The position numbers and the translations under genes were made by a program. Below, piece after piece: positions 10,262 through 22,900 of a stretch of 58,555 bases of DNA (within the stretch, counting starts at the first letter, position 1; the number at the start of each line of letters is the position of its first letter). Under the pieces are notes generated by a model. The model worked only from the letters and a program-made list of their open reading frames with translations. It was not told where the DNA came from and did no database searches. Source of the stretch: Seison nebaliae (lineage: Eukaryota); assembly GCA_023231475.1 (NCBI GenBank), contig JALJEE010003272.1, positions 1 to 58,555 on the forward strand. Reading direction: 5' to 3'.

Positions 10262-13201
10262 ATGGGCTTACCAGAACAATATATGTTTCAAGGGAAGCAA
10301 CTGATCCAATATCGGGTGGTTGAGTTGCAGAAGATGTTGAAGAGGTTCGCCATAAAATCGAAGAACAAGAAGAAGGCTGAATTGATTCGTCTAATATACG
10401 AAGTTTGAATTTATTCGATTTTCATTCAATTCAATTTTCTTTTAGTATCTACTCGATCAAGAGAAAACTGATGAGGTTCATTCATTATTTCCATTATCAT
10501 TAATTTTGACATTTTATTATTAAATTAGGTGAAAAGTTCAGATTCGACGGAAAAGAAACGAATGGAAGAGATTTCTTTTAGTTCTTTGAAGGATGAGTCA
10601 TCGATTTTAGTGGAGGAAGGGGAGGAATGTGTGAGTGAATCGAGAGATGCTGTTATGCAAAGTGATCATTCCGAGTTAGAGAAGAAGTCACTTGAAGATA
10701 GTAAATCGGGTAATAATGATGTTGCTAATCTACAGAATAATTCTTCACTTTTTCTTAGTACAATTAATTCGACAGATTCCTTATCGAATCCATCAATTCC
10801 AACTCTCTCCATAAATGATGACGAGATCATAATTGATAAAACGGAATCGTCTCAATTGGTTAATGTAATCAAATCGACAGATGATAAGAACGAAGAAACT
10901 GAGAATATTTCTCTTCAACATACATCAGAAGAAAATGAAACAGAATTTGTTTCTTCCCAACAAAAATCAGAAGAGAATGAAAATAATTCTTGTCAAGAAA
11001 AATGTGAAAAAATTGAAAATAATTCTCCTCAACAACAATCAGAAGAAACGAAAAATAAATCTCCTCAACAACAATCAGAAGAAAATATTTCTCCTCAACA
11101 GAAATCGAAAGAAACAGAAAATGATTTGGCTGAACAGAAAGAGCAGGAAATTGATATGGAACCATCATCGACCGATCAAATTGATGAGAATGTCTTGACA
11201 ATAAAAGAAAATGAAATTGACATTTCTCAAAGTGAAATTGTGGAAACAAAAGAAATTCCTTCAGAATCGAATGAGAAAATAGAAGAAATAAAAATTGGAG
11301 ATAATGTGATGGAAACTAAGGATAAGATGGATGGAGAGATGTCGAAGGAAGATGATGGTAAACAATTATCGAAGATTGTTGAAAGTTCTAAAACGACGAA
11401 ACTCGTTGACGGTTACCGGATAACGGTGACGGAATTGAACGAACATAAACCGTTAAATGTGATCAGTCGTCAATCAGATTTATCAGTTTGTGTCATTTAA
11501 TTTGTTTAAATTTATATTCATTTTTAAAGATTGTTGAGGAGGAAGAAGAGAAGGAGAAGGAGTTGATGGATATCCGAATAAATCGAAAGAGGAAATGGAG
11601 AAATAGAGATTTCATCGAAGAACCGTTACACTCATTCAAATTACCTGCAAATACGGCAAATGTTTTCGATTATTTAAAAATTTTTTAATTTAAAATTTTT
11701 CGTTTTTTAAGCAATTAATCAAATCTTCACCAACAATTACCGTTTCAGGATTGGAAGATTCTTTCATCAATATAACTGGAAAGAAATTGGAGAAGAATGA
11801 GGAAATTACTCCTCAAATAGATATGGTCGTCGCTCCCCCACCACCATCCTCCAAAGATCCCACACCATTCCTTTATATTCGGAAATTGACACGTCCATTC
11901 ACGAAATATGGTCTGATTAATATGTTGAAGAATTTCGGTGAAATAGTTCCACTTGTTCATCATGAAGAAATTTGGTTAGATGGAATTAAATCGAAATGTT
12001 TTGTTAAATATAGAAATGTCGAGAATGCGATTAAGGCGAGAAACTCCTTACATTCTTCCCGATGGCCGTTAACTAACGATAAACGACTAATCGTCGAATT
12101 TTCAAGTATGGAAGAAGTTCCGTTTTTTTTTCCTTCCAAAACCATCAATTTGTATTTGTAGTTGAAATTAATTGTTCTTGATGAGAGGAAATCATCGAAG
12201 AAGGATAGTTCATTGGATAGGTTATTTGGACTTCATTTGGGTATAGATAAACCGTTTGTAATTTTCTTAAATTCTATTTGTTTTTTTCATTAGATTTTTC
12301 AGTATGTTCAACAGTAACGAATCTTTCGAACTTATTCAACGCACCACTACCAGAGAAGAGAAGTTTTTGATTTTTTGAAAATTTAAAAAATAAATTTTTC
12401 TCAGAATCATTAATGATGACAAACCATCGAAATCAAACGAGTCAATTGAACATGATGAAAATGAGGAAAAGAAGATCGAAGAAAATTATGAAGATGAAAA
12501 GAAAAGTCTTTCAAATTGTGAAGAGAAATGTGAAAAGTCATCAGAAAAAGAACAGAAAACGTTAATTTTTCCGAAATTTAAAATTTAAAAATTTGAAAAT
12601 TTGTTTCAGAAAAAAAATCGTTTTAGATAATCGGTTCATTCCGACGAATGCATCACCAATTATTTATTGGACACAATTAACGGAGGATGAGATTCATAAG
12701 AGAAAATTGAAAATAGAGAAGGAGACACAATTGATGAAGGACCGTGCGAATAATCGAGCACCACGACAAAAGGAATTTAAAAATTTTCGAAATCGACCGA
12801 GATATTCTCCGAAACGTTATTCTCATCGACATGATCCTTATCCATCTCGTCGAAATGATTATGGACGATATCGTAATCGTTATAGAGATTATAAAGATCG
12901 ATATCATTATCGTCATGAAGATTATGGTGGAAGACGACCATATCGTACTCATGTAGCAGACAGAAGATCACCGAAACATCGTCCTCGATCCGTTTCATCC
13001 TCCTCATCTTCCAGTGCATCGAGTCGTTCATCCTCTGGATCAGGATCGTCATCAGCAACCGATTCGTATTCGAGTCGTTCGGGTTCGTCGTCATCGAATC
13101 ATTCGTCGATAAAAAATCGGAAAAAGAAGAAATTGACCACACCATCTCCACCACCAAAAAAGAACAAAACTGGAGCATCAAATGTTTTATGGAACTACTG
13201 A
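10262..13201 (+). CDS. ACIN1: Acinus (ASAP/EJC component), ~857 aa, 9 exons; introns 10403-10445, 10476-10528, 11486-11529, 11662-11711, 12117-12161, 12254-12293, 12363-12404, 12561-12609
   Basis: N-terminal SAP-like domain (QGKQLIQYRVVELQKMLKR...KKAELIRLI), RKRKW, Acinus RRM (YIRKLTRPFT...WLDGIKSKCFVKY...RWPLTNDKRLIVEF), RSB motif (LDNRFIPTNASPIIYWTQLT) and RS-rich tail. The exon lengths sum to 2574 nt with no internal stop. Confidence 0.93.
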
Positions 13202-13520
13202 ATTATTCGGAATATTTTTACGTGTGCGAGAAAAGAGAGAGATGAGAGAGCAGAGAGAACGAGTGATGGTATTTCATTATTCTGTAATTTTCTTGAGTAG
13301 ATGGTTCGTGCTCAGTTAGAATATGTTTTTCTTTTTGCAAATAAAAAAAAATTTCTTATATCTTTTCACTTTGTTGGAAGAGGGAGGAGGAAAGTGAATT
13401 ATTAAATTCTCATTCATCCTAATCATTCTAGATTTTCGAGTACTTTTTAATTGAATTATTTCTCAACATCATTAACATCTTTTTATGATGAAATACTAAT
13501 AATTATTAAGAAAAAGTCTT

Positions 13521-13965
13521 ATGGAGAACAATGGGAAAGAAGAATTGAATAGACAAGACATGAGGAAATCTCGTTCTATTCACTTACTGGTCTATCTCGG
13601 TGTCGTTATCGTTTTCTTCATATTCATCTTCATCGGTTCAAATTTCATTCAATTATTCAAAATAATTATTCATTCATCAATTTCAGTATTGAAAATGTTT
13701 CATTTTGGAAATGGGAAAAATTTAGAGAATAAAAATTTCAAATATTGTAACAACGATTGTTCGTCCGATCAAATTTGTTTCAGTTTTCATAATAAAGATT
13801 GCGTTGGAGAGAAATGTCTCTATTTATATCGATGCGTTCATGAATATAAGACGTATGAGGAATGTAAAGTTCCCATTTCTTCTTTCATAATTACTTCATA
13901 TTTTTTAGGATATCTGTCAATCGCTTTGTATTGAATATGAAAATAAATTTTACTGTAATCAATAA
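13521..13965 (+). CDS. Small orphan single-pass (type II-like) membrane protein with a 10-Cys C-terminal domain, ~117 aa; introns 13636-13686 and 13869-13908
   Basis: Hydrophobic segment LLVYLGVVIVFFIFIFIVL, then CNNDCSSDQIC...KDCVGEKC...RC...ECKDICQSLC...FYCNQ* after removing two GTT..AG introns. Confidence 0.65.
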
Positions 13966-14280
13966 ACTTATTGAAATAAGCTCCTTTATAAATTAAATAA
14001 ATTATTTATTAGAATTATTTTTTTTTCTTATTTTACAATATCAAATAATTACCCTAAAAAATGTTAATTGATTCATGATCGATTAATTTTAAAATTAATT
14101 AAAAACTTTCCACACATTGAAATTGGCAAATTGATAAATACAAATGCAGAAATATTAATAAAAAGAAAATATTTTAAAGGTTATTCATAAAAGGAAAAAA
14201 TTGATGAAATAATTTCCATCGTTAACGCCATAATAATAATTATTATTTAATATAATAAGAAAGAAATAAAATTATGATGT

Positions 14281-14754
14281 TTATCCTGATTCCTTCACCT
14301 TGCAAAAAACGGCATTCGCAACATTGTCCATATCACGTCGACCATATTTGGAGAGGACACGTCCCTTCTTGATCTTTTTCACCATCTTCAATTTCTCTAA
14401 AATTATTAAAGATTTCCTGCAAATATTTCCCGATGCCAATTGGAAGTGACTTGGACTGTTACCGAAATTCTTCTTTCCACCGAAGATCTTTTGCATATCT
14501 CTAGTGGAAGCCGGATTTCTCAAATAGACGTGACGAGCAACAGCAGCAACTCGTTTCCAGAACCAATCGGGATCCATTGGCGCCAATTCTTTGTTGGTAC
14601 CCGTTTTCACGTAACATATCCATTTGGGTTCTAAACTCTCTTCTTTCGGATGATCGTTGGCATACGTATCACGACGATCTTTCAACAATTGAGCGAATGC
14701 ATCAAGGAATAATGTCGGTTCGACATCTTTCACACTAACTGGTCTGCGAGACAT
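14281..14754 (-). CDS. RPS19: 40S ribosomal protein S19 (eS19)
   Basis: Motifs VSVKDV, YVKTGTNKELAPMDPDWFWKRVAAVARHVYLR, FGGKKNFGNSPSHF and GRRDMDNVA. ATG at 14754 is preceded by a TTTCATTAG acceptor. Confidence 0.97.
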   Translation of the reverse strand: MSRRPVSVKDVEPTLFLDAFAQLLKDRRDTYANDHPKEESLEPKWICYVKTGTNKELAPMDPDWFWKRVAAVARHVYLRNPASTRDMQKIFGGKKNFGNSPSHFQLASGNICRKSLIILEKLKMVKKIKKGRVLSKYGRRDMDNVANAVFCKVKESG

Positions 14755-16999
14755 ATCTAATGAAATAAATTTCCTCAGTTTAAGATTACATAAAAAATTC
14801 AGTAGGAAATGATACAAAATATTACAAAGATGATTGTTGTTGTTTAGAGAGAAATGCGTGTGTTTGAAAATTGATATGATAAAAGCTTAAAATTTGAATT
14901 TTAAAATTATTCTTGAAAATTTAAAAAATTCTTTGAAATTCTTCTTTGGGAATTATTCTTAGAAATAATTAAATTTCCTATTTGTTTATGATCAAATCGA
15001 AGCATTTTCCATTCGCGCTATATTCAATCGATTGAAAGAGAAGTCGATATAAACAATCTCGTTGGAATATTGTAAAATTGACTTTCTTCTCATTTTATTT
15101 GAGTAGAAATAAATTAATGTTTCTTCTTCTCTAACTTGTGGACTAAATTACTCGGTCGCGAAACATTTTTAATTGAACAACTTTTTTCCATGCTCTTCCC
15201 TTACGAATAAATAAAAGAATTCTCGTAATTTTAGGAGGTATGAAGATTAAATGTTTGTCCTTCTAAAAGAAATCTAAATATTCATGGAATGAATTTTACT
15301 TCTTTTTATCATTAGTCATCTTACGAATATGTTAATTTTATCTCATATCTCCATCACAACATATATTTACTAATAGGCAATTTATTATGTGTGATACATA
15401 TATGTGACCATGTAATCTTGTAGTATGGAAATAATTCGTTAATTTTCTACGATTCTTTCCTTTTGATGAAAAGAATCGATTTGGAACAGTCGACAATGGA
15501 ATAAAGTCAGATAGTTGAGGAAAAATAAATTGAATGTTGTCATAAAGTAAAACTTTCTCTCATGATATTTAATCATGCTGATGATGATGATATGGTAATG
15601 ATGATTCGTCCGATCATTGAAGTGTTAAAAGGATTATGGGAAAGGAATTTGAAACGATTCCACACTTCCCGAGAAAGAGAATTGATTTTATTGATGTTAT
15701 TGTGTAAGTCAATCGAGTAAGCTAAGTGGATGTGGATGTTAAAGGAGTAGAGGAAATTAATTAGATCTCGCATATATAGACCATTCGTCGATTTGACTCT
15801 TCCTCTCCCTCCTTTTCGTTCATTAGAGATTTAATTATTTCACATTTGTTTCGTGCATTCTCTCATAATTCGGCTTTGAATGGATGTTGGGGAGGAAGAA
15901 AGATAAGTAATTAGGTATGCAGGTAAGTAGATAGATGATGGGAAGAGATAAGATGAAATAGTATGCAGAAAACGAAGTACCATCACAATATTGATGTAAA
16001 AAAGATGATCATACTCCTACCAACCAGAATGATGGACATAAATATATGAAAATCGAAATTCTGTAATGAAATTGAATAAGTTTATGAATAAAAAATGATG
16101 AATTTTATTTATGTGCTAATACATTTAAAAAAGATCGAGGTCTTTCACTCCATAAGGCAAACTATCAACTTTTTATGAGTAGACAAACCATCAACAACAT
16201 TTCAATCTATTCTCTTTTAACTACTTGTATTAACTAACAACATTAGAAGTATCATTGGATCGTGATGGAAAGAGAAGGAATAAAATATTATATATTCTTT
16301 TCTACCGTTTTATCAGATATTTTTATGGTTTTGTGTCATGTGAATTTCTTGTCCGTTCAGTTTATTTGAGCGGGCGGGAAGGATAGAATCTAAACCAAAT
16401 GGATGTCAAATAATAGAAATTTACATTAATAAGTTCAACTATCATTTCTCATCATCATATAATGGAACACCATACATATGACGAGAATCATCATTTCTCC
16501 TCAATTGCTGATGTTTATTCTTCTAGAATGAAAGTCTAGAAGGAATTTATCTTTCTCTTTAACATTTCTTCTTTTCCCTTATTAACATTAGTATAAATTG
16601 ATGTGCGACAAATGTGAGATTAACATCGTCATCGTCATTGATGATGACCGTCAGTCTATTATTATAAGTTGCTTGAAGAAATGGATTGACATAGAATTAT
16701 TTTTCAGGCTAGAATTCTGTCATACATGTCGTTTATTGATTATTGAGTCGCTGAAAGAATTGTCGATGTTCTTGTCTTGTTGAGTCATGATAATTATTGT
16801 TGATATGTCGGAAATGAGAGTGATGACCTTGTCGTAAACATAAATCAAAATTTTTATAAAAATCCTCTTGTTTTACATTTCAGATAAATTTCCTCTTCTT
16901 TTTTACATTCTTTCAACAATTCATCATCACCATCACCATCAGCTAATGAATCTGCTCAAACAATCATCTATCTCATAATTTGTGAGGAATATATTTGTC

Positions 17000-19900
17000 A
17001 TGACGAAGAAGAATCTAATTTCAACTCTTAATAGTGAGACTTTGTCGTTGACATATCTGAGGAAATTGTTCTATGAATATCAACATTTGTCGACGGCAGA
17101 GAAAGCGGAAGATGGAAATGATAATATTCTCGAAATGTTACCATTATTTCAACGTGCATTCACATCACCACAACAAACTCGATTACATGACATTCTTGAT
17201 AAGTTTCCTAATGTGGTGGAATTCGCTTCAGTTATCGGGAAGTTTTTCGTTGAAGAAATTCGTCGATTTGGAAAGAATCAGACGACATTAAATGCTGCTA
17301 TTTCCATCGCCCAATATTTGGAGCGAGGTAATTTGGAATGTGCATATTTATTTTCCATCGAAAATATCGAAAAAGTTGACTTGTCCATTCTATCGAATCG
17401 ATCGACATTGAGAGAATATCGTGGACATCTTCTCTTGTCCACATTGATGAGATTATCAACTGGACCAGTAGCGGTAATCGAAGCGATGACACGAACAGCC
17501 TTACCATCGACATTGGTGAAATGTATTTACATTTTCTATGATCTACCCACCATATCTAAAGAAGAGAAAGATGACGAAATGAAATTAATTGAACGTCGAA
17601 TTTTATTACATTCCACATTCTCCCAATTAATAATTCGATTAGCTGAATTCTCATTTGTCAGTGAAGAATTAGTACGTCGAGATGATTTCGCTCTTTTATT
17701 ATCTGTCTTATGTTCCTGGTGTTCCATTTCCAATACCAGTTGGAAGATGTTGACATCGAATATTTTGAATATTATTGCTAAATCGTCATTGACACAGAAT
17801 GTAGTGAATAATATTAAACAACGGAAATGTATGTCTAATTGTATTTCCGCTATCAATATGATGATTGATGTGATTATAAAAAATTATGAAATATTAAAAG
17901 ATGAATCGAATGAAATTATCGATAAAAATAAATGTCTCATTTTCAATCAGACAACCACTACCACGACCAATCCGTTAAATTCTCAACTTTCCATTCCAAA
18001 TAATGAGAAGAAAGATGTGGTTGGATTAATCAGAAATTTAAATGATGCTATTGTCGATGTATTAGCATTCCTGACTAATTGTTCACTTCAATCGAGAGAA
18101 CCGTTAAATAGTTTCCAATTAGCCGATGGTTATGATATGATAGTTCGATGTATGTTGACATATGAAATGTTTCTCATCGATTCATCATCAACGATCATTT
18201 CGGGAGAAATCAGATCAGAAATAAATTTATCAATTCAAAATATTGTGGATAAAATTAAAGAGTTATTACTCACCGGTTATATGGAACAGAAATTGAGGAA
18301 TATCGAAGCGATAATCGCTGACGAATCATCGTTATTGATCGGTTTCGTTCTTCCCTCCAAATCGAAAGGAAAAGGATTTACAATTCGAAATTTGAATGTT
18401 TATGTTATCCTTCACGAATGTCTTCAACATTCGAGATCGTCGGAAATTACTGTGAAATTTATCGATCTCATATTTTATCTTTTTGAATTGGATATTTATA
18501 ATTATCTTTTGACATTCAAATCATTTCCGTTAGCTGCCATTATCGAGAAATTATATGAACATTCAGTGAGTACTCAATTGAGAATTTTGAGTTTATTGGA
18601 ATGGTTTATATTTTATACGAAATTAATCGTGAAAAAAGAATTAACATCATTAACCATTGTCATGAAATCGTTAGTGATGAATGATCAGAATGAACCGATT
18701 AATTTATCCATCGATGAACGGAATGAATGTCTTTTGAGAATTATTACAAGTTTGAATAAGATCCTCCGATTTAACACACCCGTTTTCCGAGAAGTTTTCC
18801 GTCAAATCGGTCTCGTCGATATCATCATAACGATTCTCAAGAAGAATATCGCAACACTCCGTAATGACGTTAGTGATGATTCGGAAGAGTATTCGGGAAA
18901 ACATCGAGAAATTGCCACGTCACTTTTCCAATTTATTCAAACAATTTTATCTTCCAATTCCAGTAATATGACAAGTGGATCAATTCCACCAAATATCCAT
19001 CATCAATCAACATCATCAATTAGTAGTTGTTCGAGTATTCCGTCGAAAGAGACAAAATCTCCATATGATAACGCTCAATTAGTTGCTTCACTTATGAGGG
19101 ACTTAGGCTTATCTCGAGTTATTCATAATCTCATTCCATATATTCATTTCCGTCAACAATCACTTCATCTTATCATACAATTAATTTTCAACGGAATTCA
19201 AATCACTCAACAAACCACTCACAACAAATTAGATCGACGTCTTAATCAACAAAATAATTCATGTCCAGCCGAAGATGATTTAGCCACATTATTGGGCACT
19301 TTATTACTACTCCAACCCAAATCAGAAGTGAAGGAGAATGACGAGAACATTTATCGATCATTACCAATATCGTTCGACGATTTCATAGAATTCAAATTAG
19401 ATATTTTAACTGCTCTACTTTATTTGTTGAGAGAGTCACATAAAATTCGATTAATTTTCAGGAAAATTGGCGGTTTCGTTTATATGATTTCGTTGTTAGC
19501 TCAATTACAAAATTGTTTTTCTTTCCGCCATGAATGGAAGGCAAATGAAGAGAATAATTGGAGAGATATCTGCTTCTATCGACGATTACTCCTCCTCCAA
19601 CGTATCATTTATACGATTGGGACAGTTCTCAAATTAGAACCGGGTTCGTCCCGTCATTTCAATTCGGAAGTCGGATGGAATTTAGCGTTCTTACAAGCGA
19701 TGAAATTGAATGAAACTCTTGTCGATTCATCGACAAATGTGGATACATTAATTAATTATGGTCCAATTGATAACCATTGTGATGGTTCGGAAGAAGTTGA
19801 GGATTGTCGTTCCAAATTGAATAGTGTTACAATGATGTTGGTGATGATGTATGGTATGGAGAAGACGGAGAATATTTTATCGAATGCCGAGAAGGAATCA

Positions 19901-22900
19901 GATATCCTTAATAAAATGTTCGCTAATCCAATTCTCAGTCTCAATGAAATATCAATGACGGTACAACAATATTATTATCCGACATATCAATTATTATATG
20001 AATGGTTCTTCACTTGTCATATCGATGTTATTATTCATCATCGAGAGAAATTAAAGAAGAATATTTTGGATTCTTGTTGTTCGAAACGACAAGGCAAATT
20101 TTCGAGCTTAGCACAACAAACTTTAGATTTGTTGAAATTGAGAAAATGTTTCCGAGCGAATGAAACCGACAAAATATTATTAGATGAATTAGGAAATGAT
20201 GAGGAATTATTCGAATATTTCTTCAACTCTTATAGACAATGTTATTCATCCATATATTTATTGAGATGTATTTATGACACGATATTCGATCATCGTATCG
20301 ATTTAATTTATTTTATTAATCAGAAAAATCTCCAAACTACCGAACAATTATATTCTACTTATGAATTATTATTCTCATCGATTATCCAATATTCAATGAA
20401 TTGTCAAGAGATTACCATCATCAATAATGAGATGATGGTACATTGTAATATCGTGGAATTTCTCCTTCAATCGCTGTCGTTGATGCCTAATTATTCACTT
20501 CGACATTTCCTCATCGAACACATTCTCCAATTATTCATGTTCGGAGAGAAATATTCGTTACAATTAAACGAAAAGAGTTTCCTCGTTCAAAACATGAGAT
20601 GTGAAGTAAACGTTCAACAAGCTGCATTTTCCTCTCTTACTCAGACTTTAGTGCACAACGTGATGAGTTGTGGGAAAGTGGTGGAAAAGAATTGGATAGG
20701 CAAATTAAATTATCGTAATTTTTATTTAAAAAAATCCAATTCCGATATATATGATGGTCATAATTCATTGAAATTTTATGAATTATTAATTAAACAATTT
20801 TTAAAATTAATTAAAGATTTCCTTCCATTTTATTGTCTACCAAATGATTTGACACAATTATTCCGATTATTACCATTACCAAACATCTTCCCTTATAATC
20901 GTCTTCAAAATCTCGTTAATTTATTTACTGAAAATAATTCTTCAATTTATCAACATAATCAACTCGTTCCCTATGATAACAATAATAACAACAATACTAA
21001 TTCTTTATCGACTATTCATGGATGTTGTACATCATACTCATCTTATATTGATTTCGATTTATCGTTAGAAGGTTATTCATGTATCATTCTACCATCAATC
21101 GCTCCTCAAACCATCAATGATCATAATTCAAATAATTCAACGATTAATGCTATGAGTCTGGCTAAGGGACGTGTTGCTAATATTATATCGTTAACAAAAT
21201 ATCAATCATCGACAGATAATCTGATTAATGGAGGAGTTGGTAGTGGAGAACGTGTATTCCCTCCAAAAGATGGAATGACATTCAGTACATGGATTTCCGT
21301 TAAACGATGGTGTTCTGCTAATACACATCCAGTTCGTTTATTATCTTTGATACGATCGGTGGGAAATTTCTCAACGAAAAGTATGAAATGTTTTTCAATT
21401 CTATTAACGAATCAAGGAAAATGTATTATAATCAGTACTCAAGAAATGAACAATAATAATGATCCTGTTAAATGTGGAATCGAATCATCCAATTCAAATT
21501 CGACTGATAATGCTGATGGAATTACTTGTATCGCTCTACCATCATATATCACTGATGTCATATTATCGAAAGGAAATTGGGTTCATTTCGTGGTGACATT
21601 AGCTCGACGTACTTCCTCCGTTTTATCGAAACAACAAACTAATCTTTTCATTTATATCAATGGCATGTTCATCGCTTCACGTCGATTACCATACATCTCT
21701 TTAAATATCGGTGGTACGAATACACCATCATCTGGTATTGGTCTAGTTCCAAACACGTTAGGCAGTGCCGTTAGTGGAATGTTGAATGTAGCAATTGGTG
21801 ATACTCAACAAACATTAGGCACTTCCATCCCAACAACAACAACAACAATAAATGAATCGTTAGGAACAACAACAACAACAACAACAACAAATTCAAATTA
21901 TAGAAATCAATCGACAATTTCATTAACGCCTAATACCATCGTACAGATTTATGCGGTTATTGGAACAGCAAGAAGTCAAAGACAATTGTCCGATTTACAT
22001 TGGCGTCAAGGTGGATGTTTGTTGGTGGAGGAGTGTCTACAATTAGATCAAATTTTCATTCTTTATGCTCTCGGTCCAAAATATATCGGTAATTTTCAAA
22101 ATGTTCCAATCGATCTTCATATCGCTCTCTCGTTAACCTTATCTCAAAATAGTTCGATGGAGAATCAATTCAATTCATCAGACGATTTCCAATTAACCGA
22201 TTGTCAATTAAACAAACAACAACATTCGTATCAACAGAAAATGCAATTGAAGAAAATCCTCCAAAATACTCGACTCGTTCAAGCCATTCGTCAAAATAAT
22301 CCGATCGATTCAATCCGACAATTATGTGGACAATTGATTAATGAAGATAAAATCACTTTCTCACTCCATACCACCGCTTCCTGGGATGTTTCAATATCGA
22401 AAATCCGAAAATGTTTCAATCGAAATGATGCCCGTTTCATAGCGAGACAATTGAACATCAGTTGCCATGACAACTTAGTCCCAATAAAAATTATTTATAA
22501 TGCAGCCATGCATTTGAGTGGAGCGGCACGTAGTGTTGGTGGTTTTCTTATCGGACATTTGGGCGTTCGCCTAATTCAGCCATGGTCCTCCTCCATCAGT
22601 TTTACCCAGATTGATGGTTCTCACATTCTTTTAGCGTCGATCGCTATGACGAAAAATCGATCTGAACTTTATAGCGCTTACAAAATTCTTGTTCAATCCA
22701 TTGGAAAAAATAAGAAATTATCAGACGAATTCGAAGAGAATAATCTTTATTCTATTCTCGGTACTCTACTTCATAAGAAGAAGAATTTGTTAACTCCACA
22801 AGCATTCAATCAAACTATCCCGCTGGTTTTCAATACGAACGATTATAACGGAATTATTTACGAAGCGAAATTCCATCCATTAAATGAACAATCATCATCA

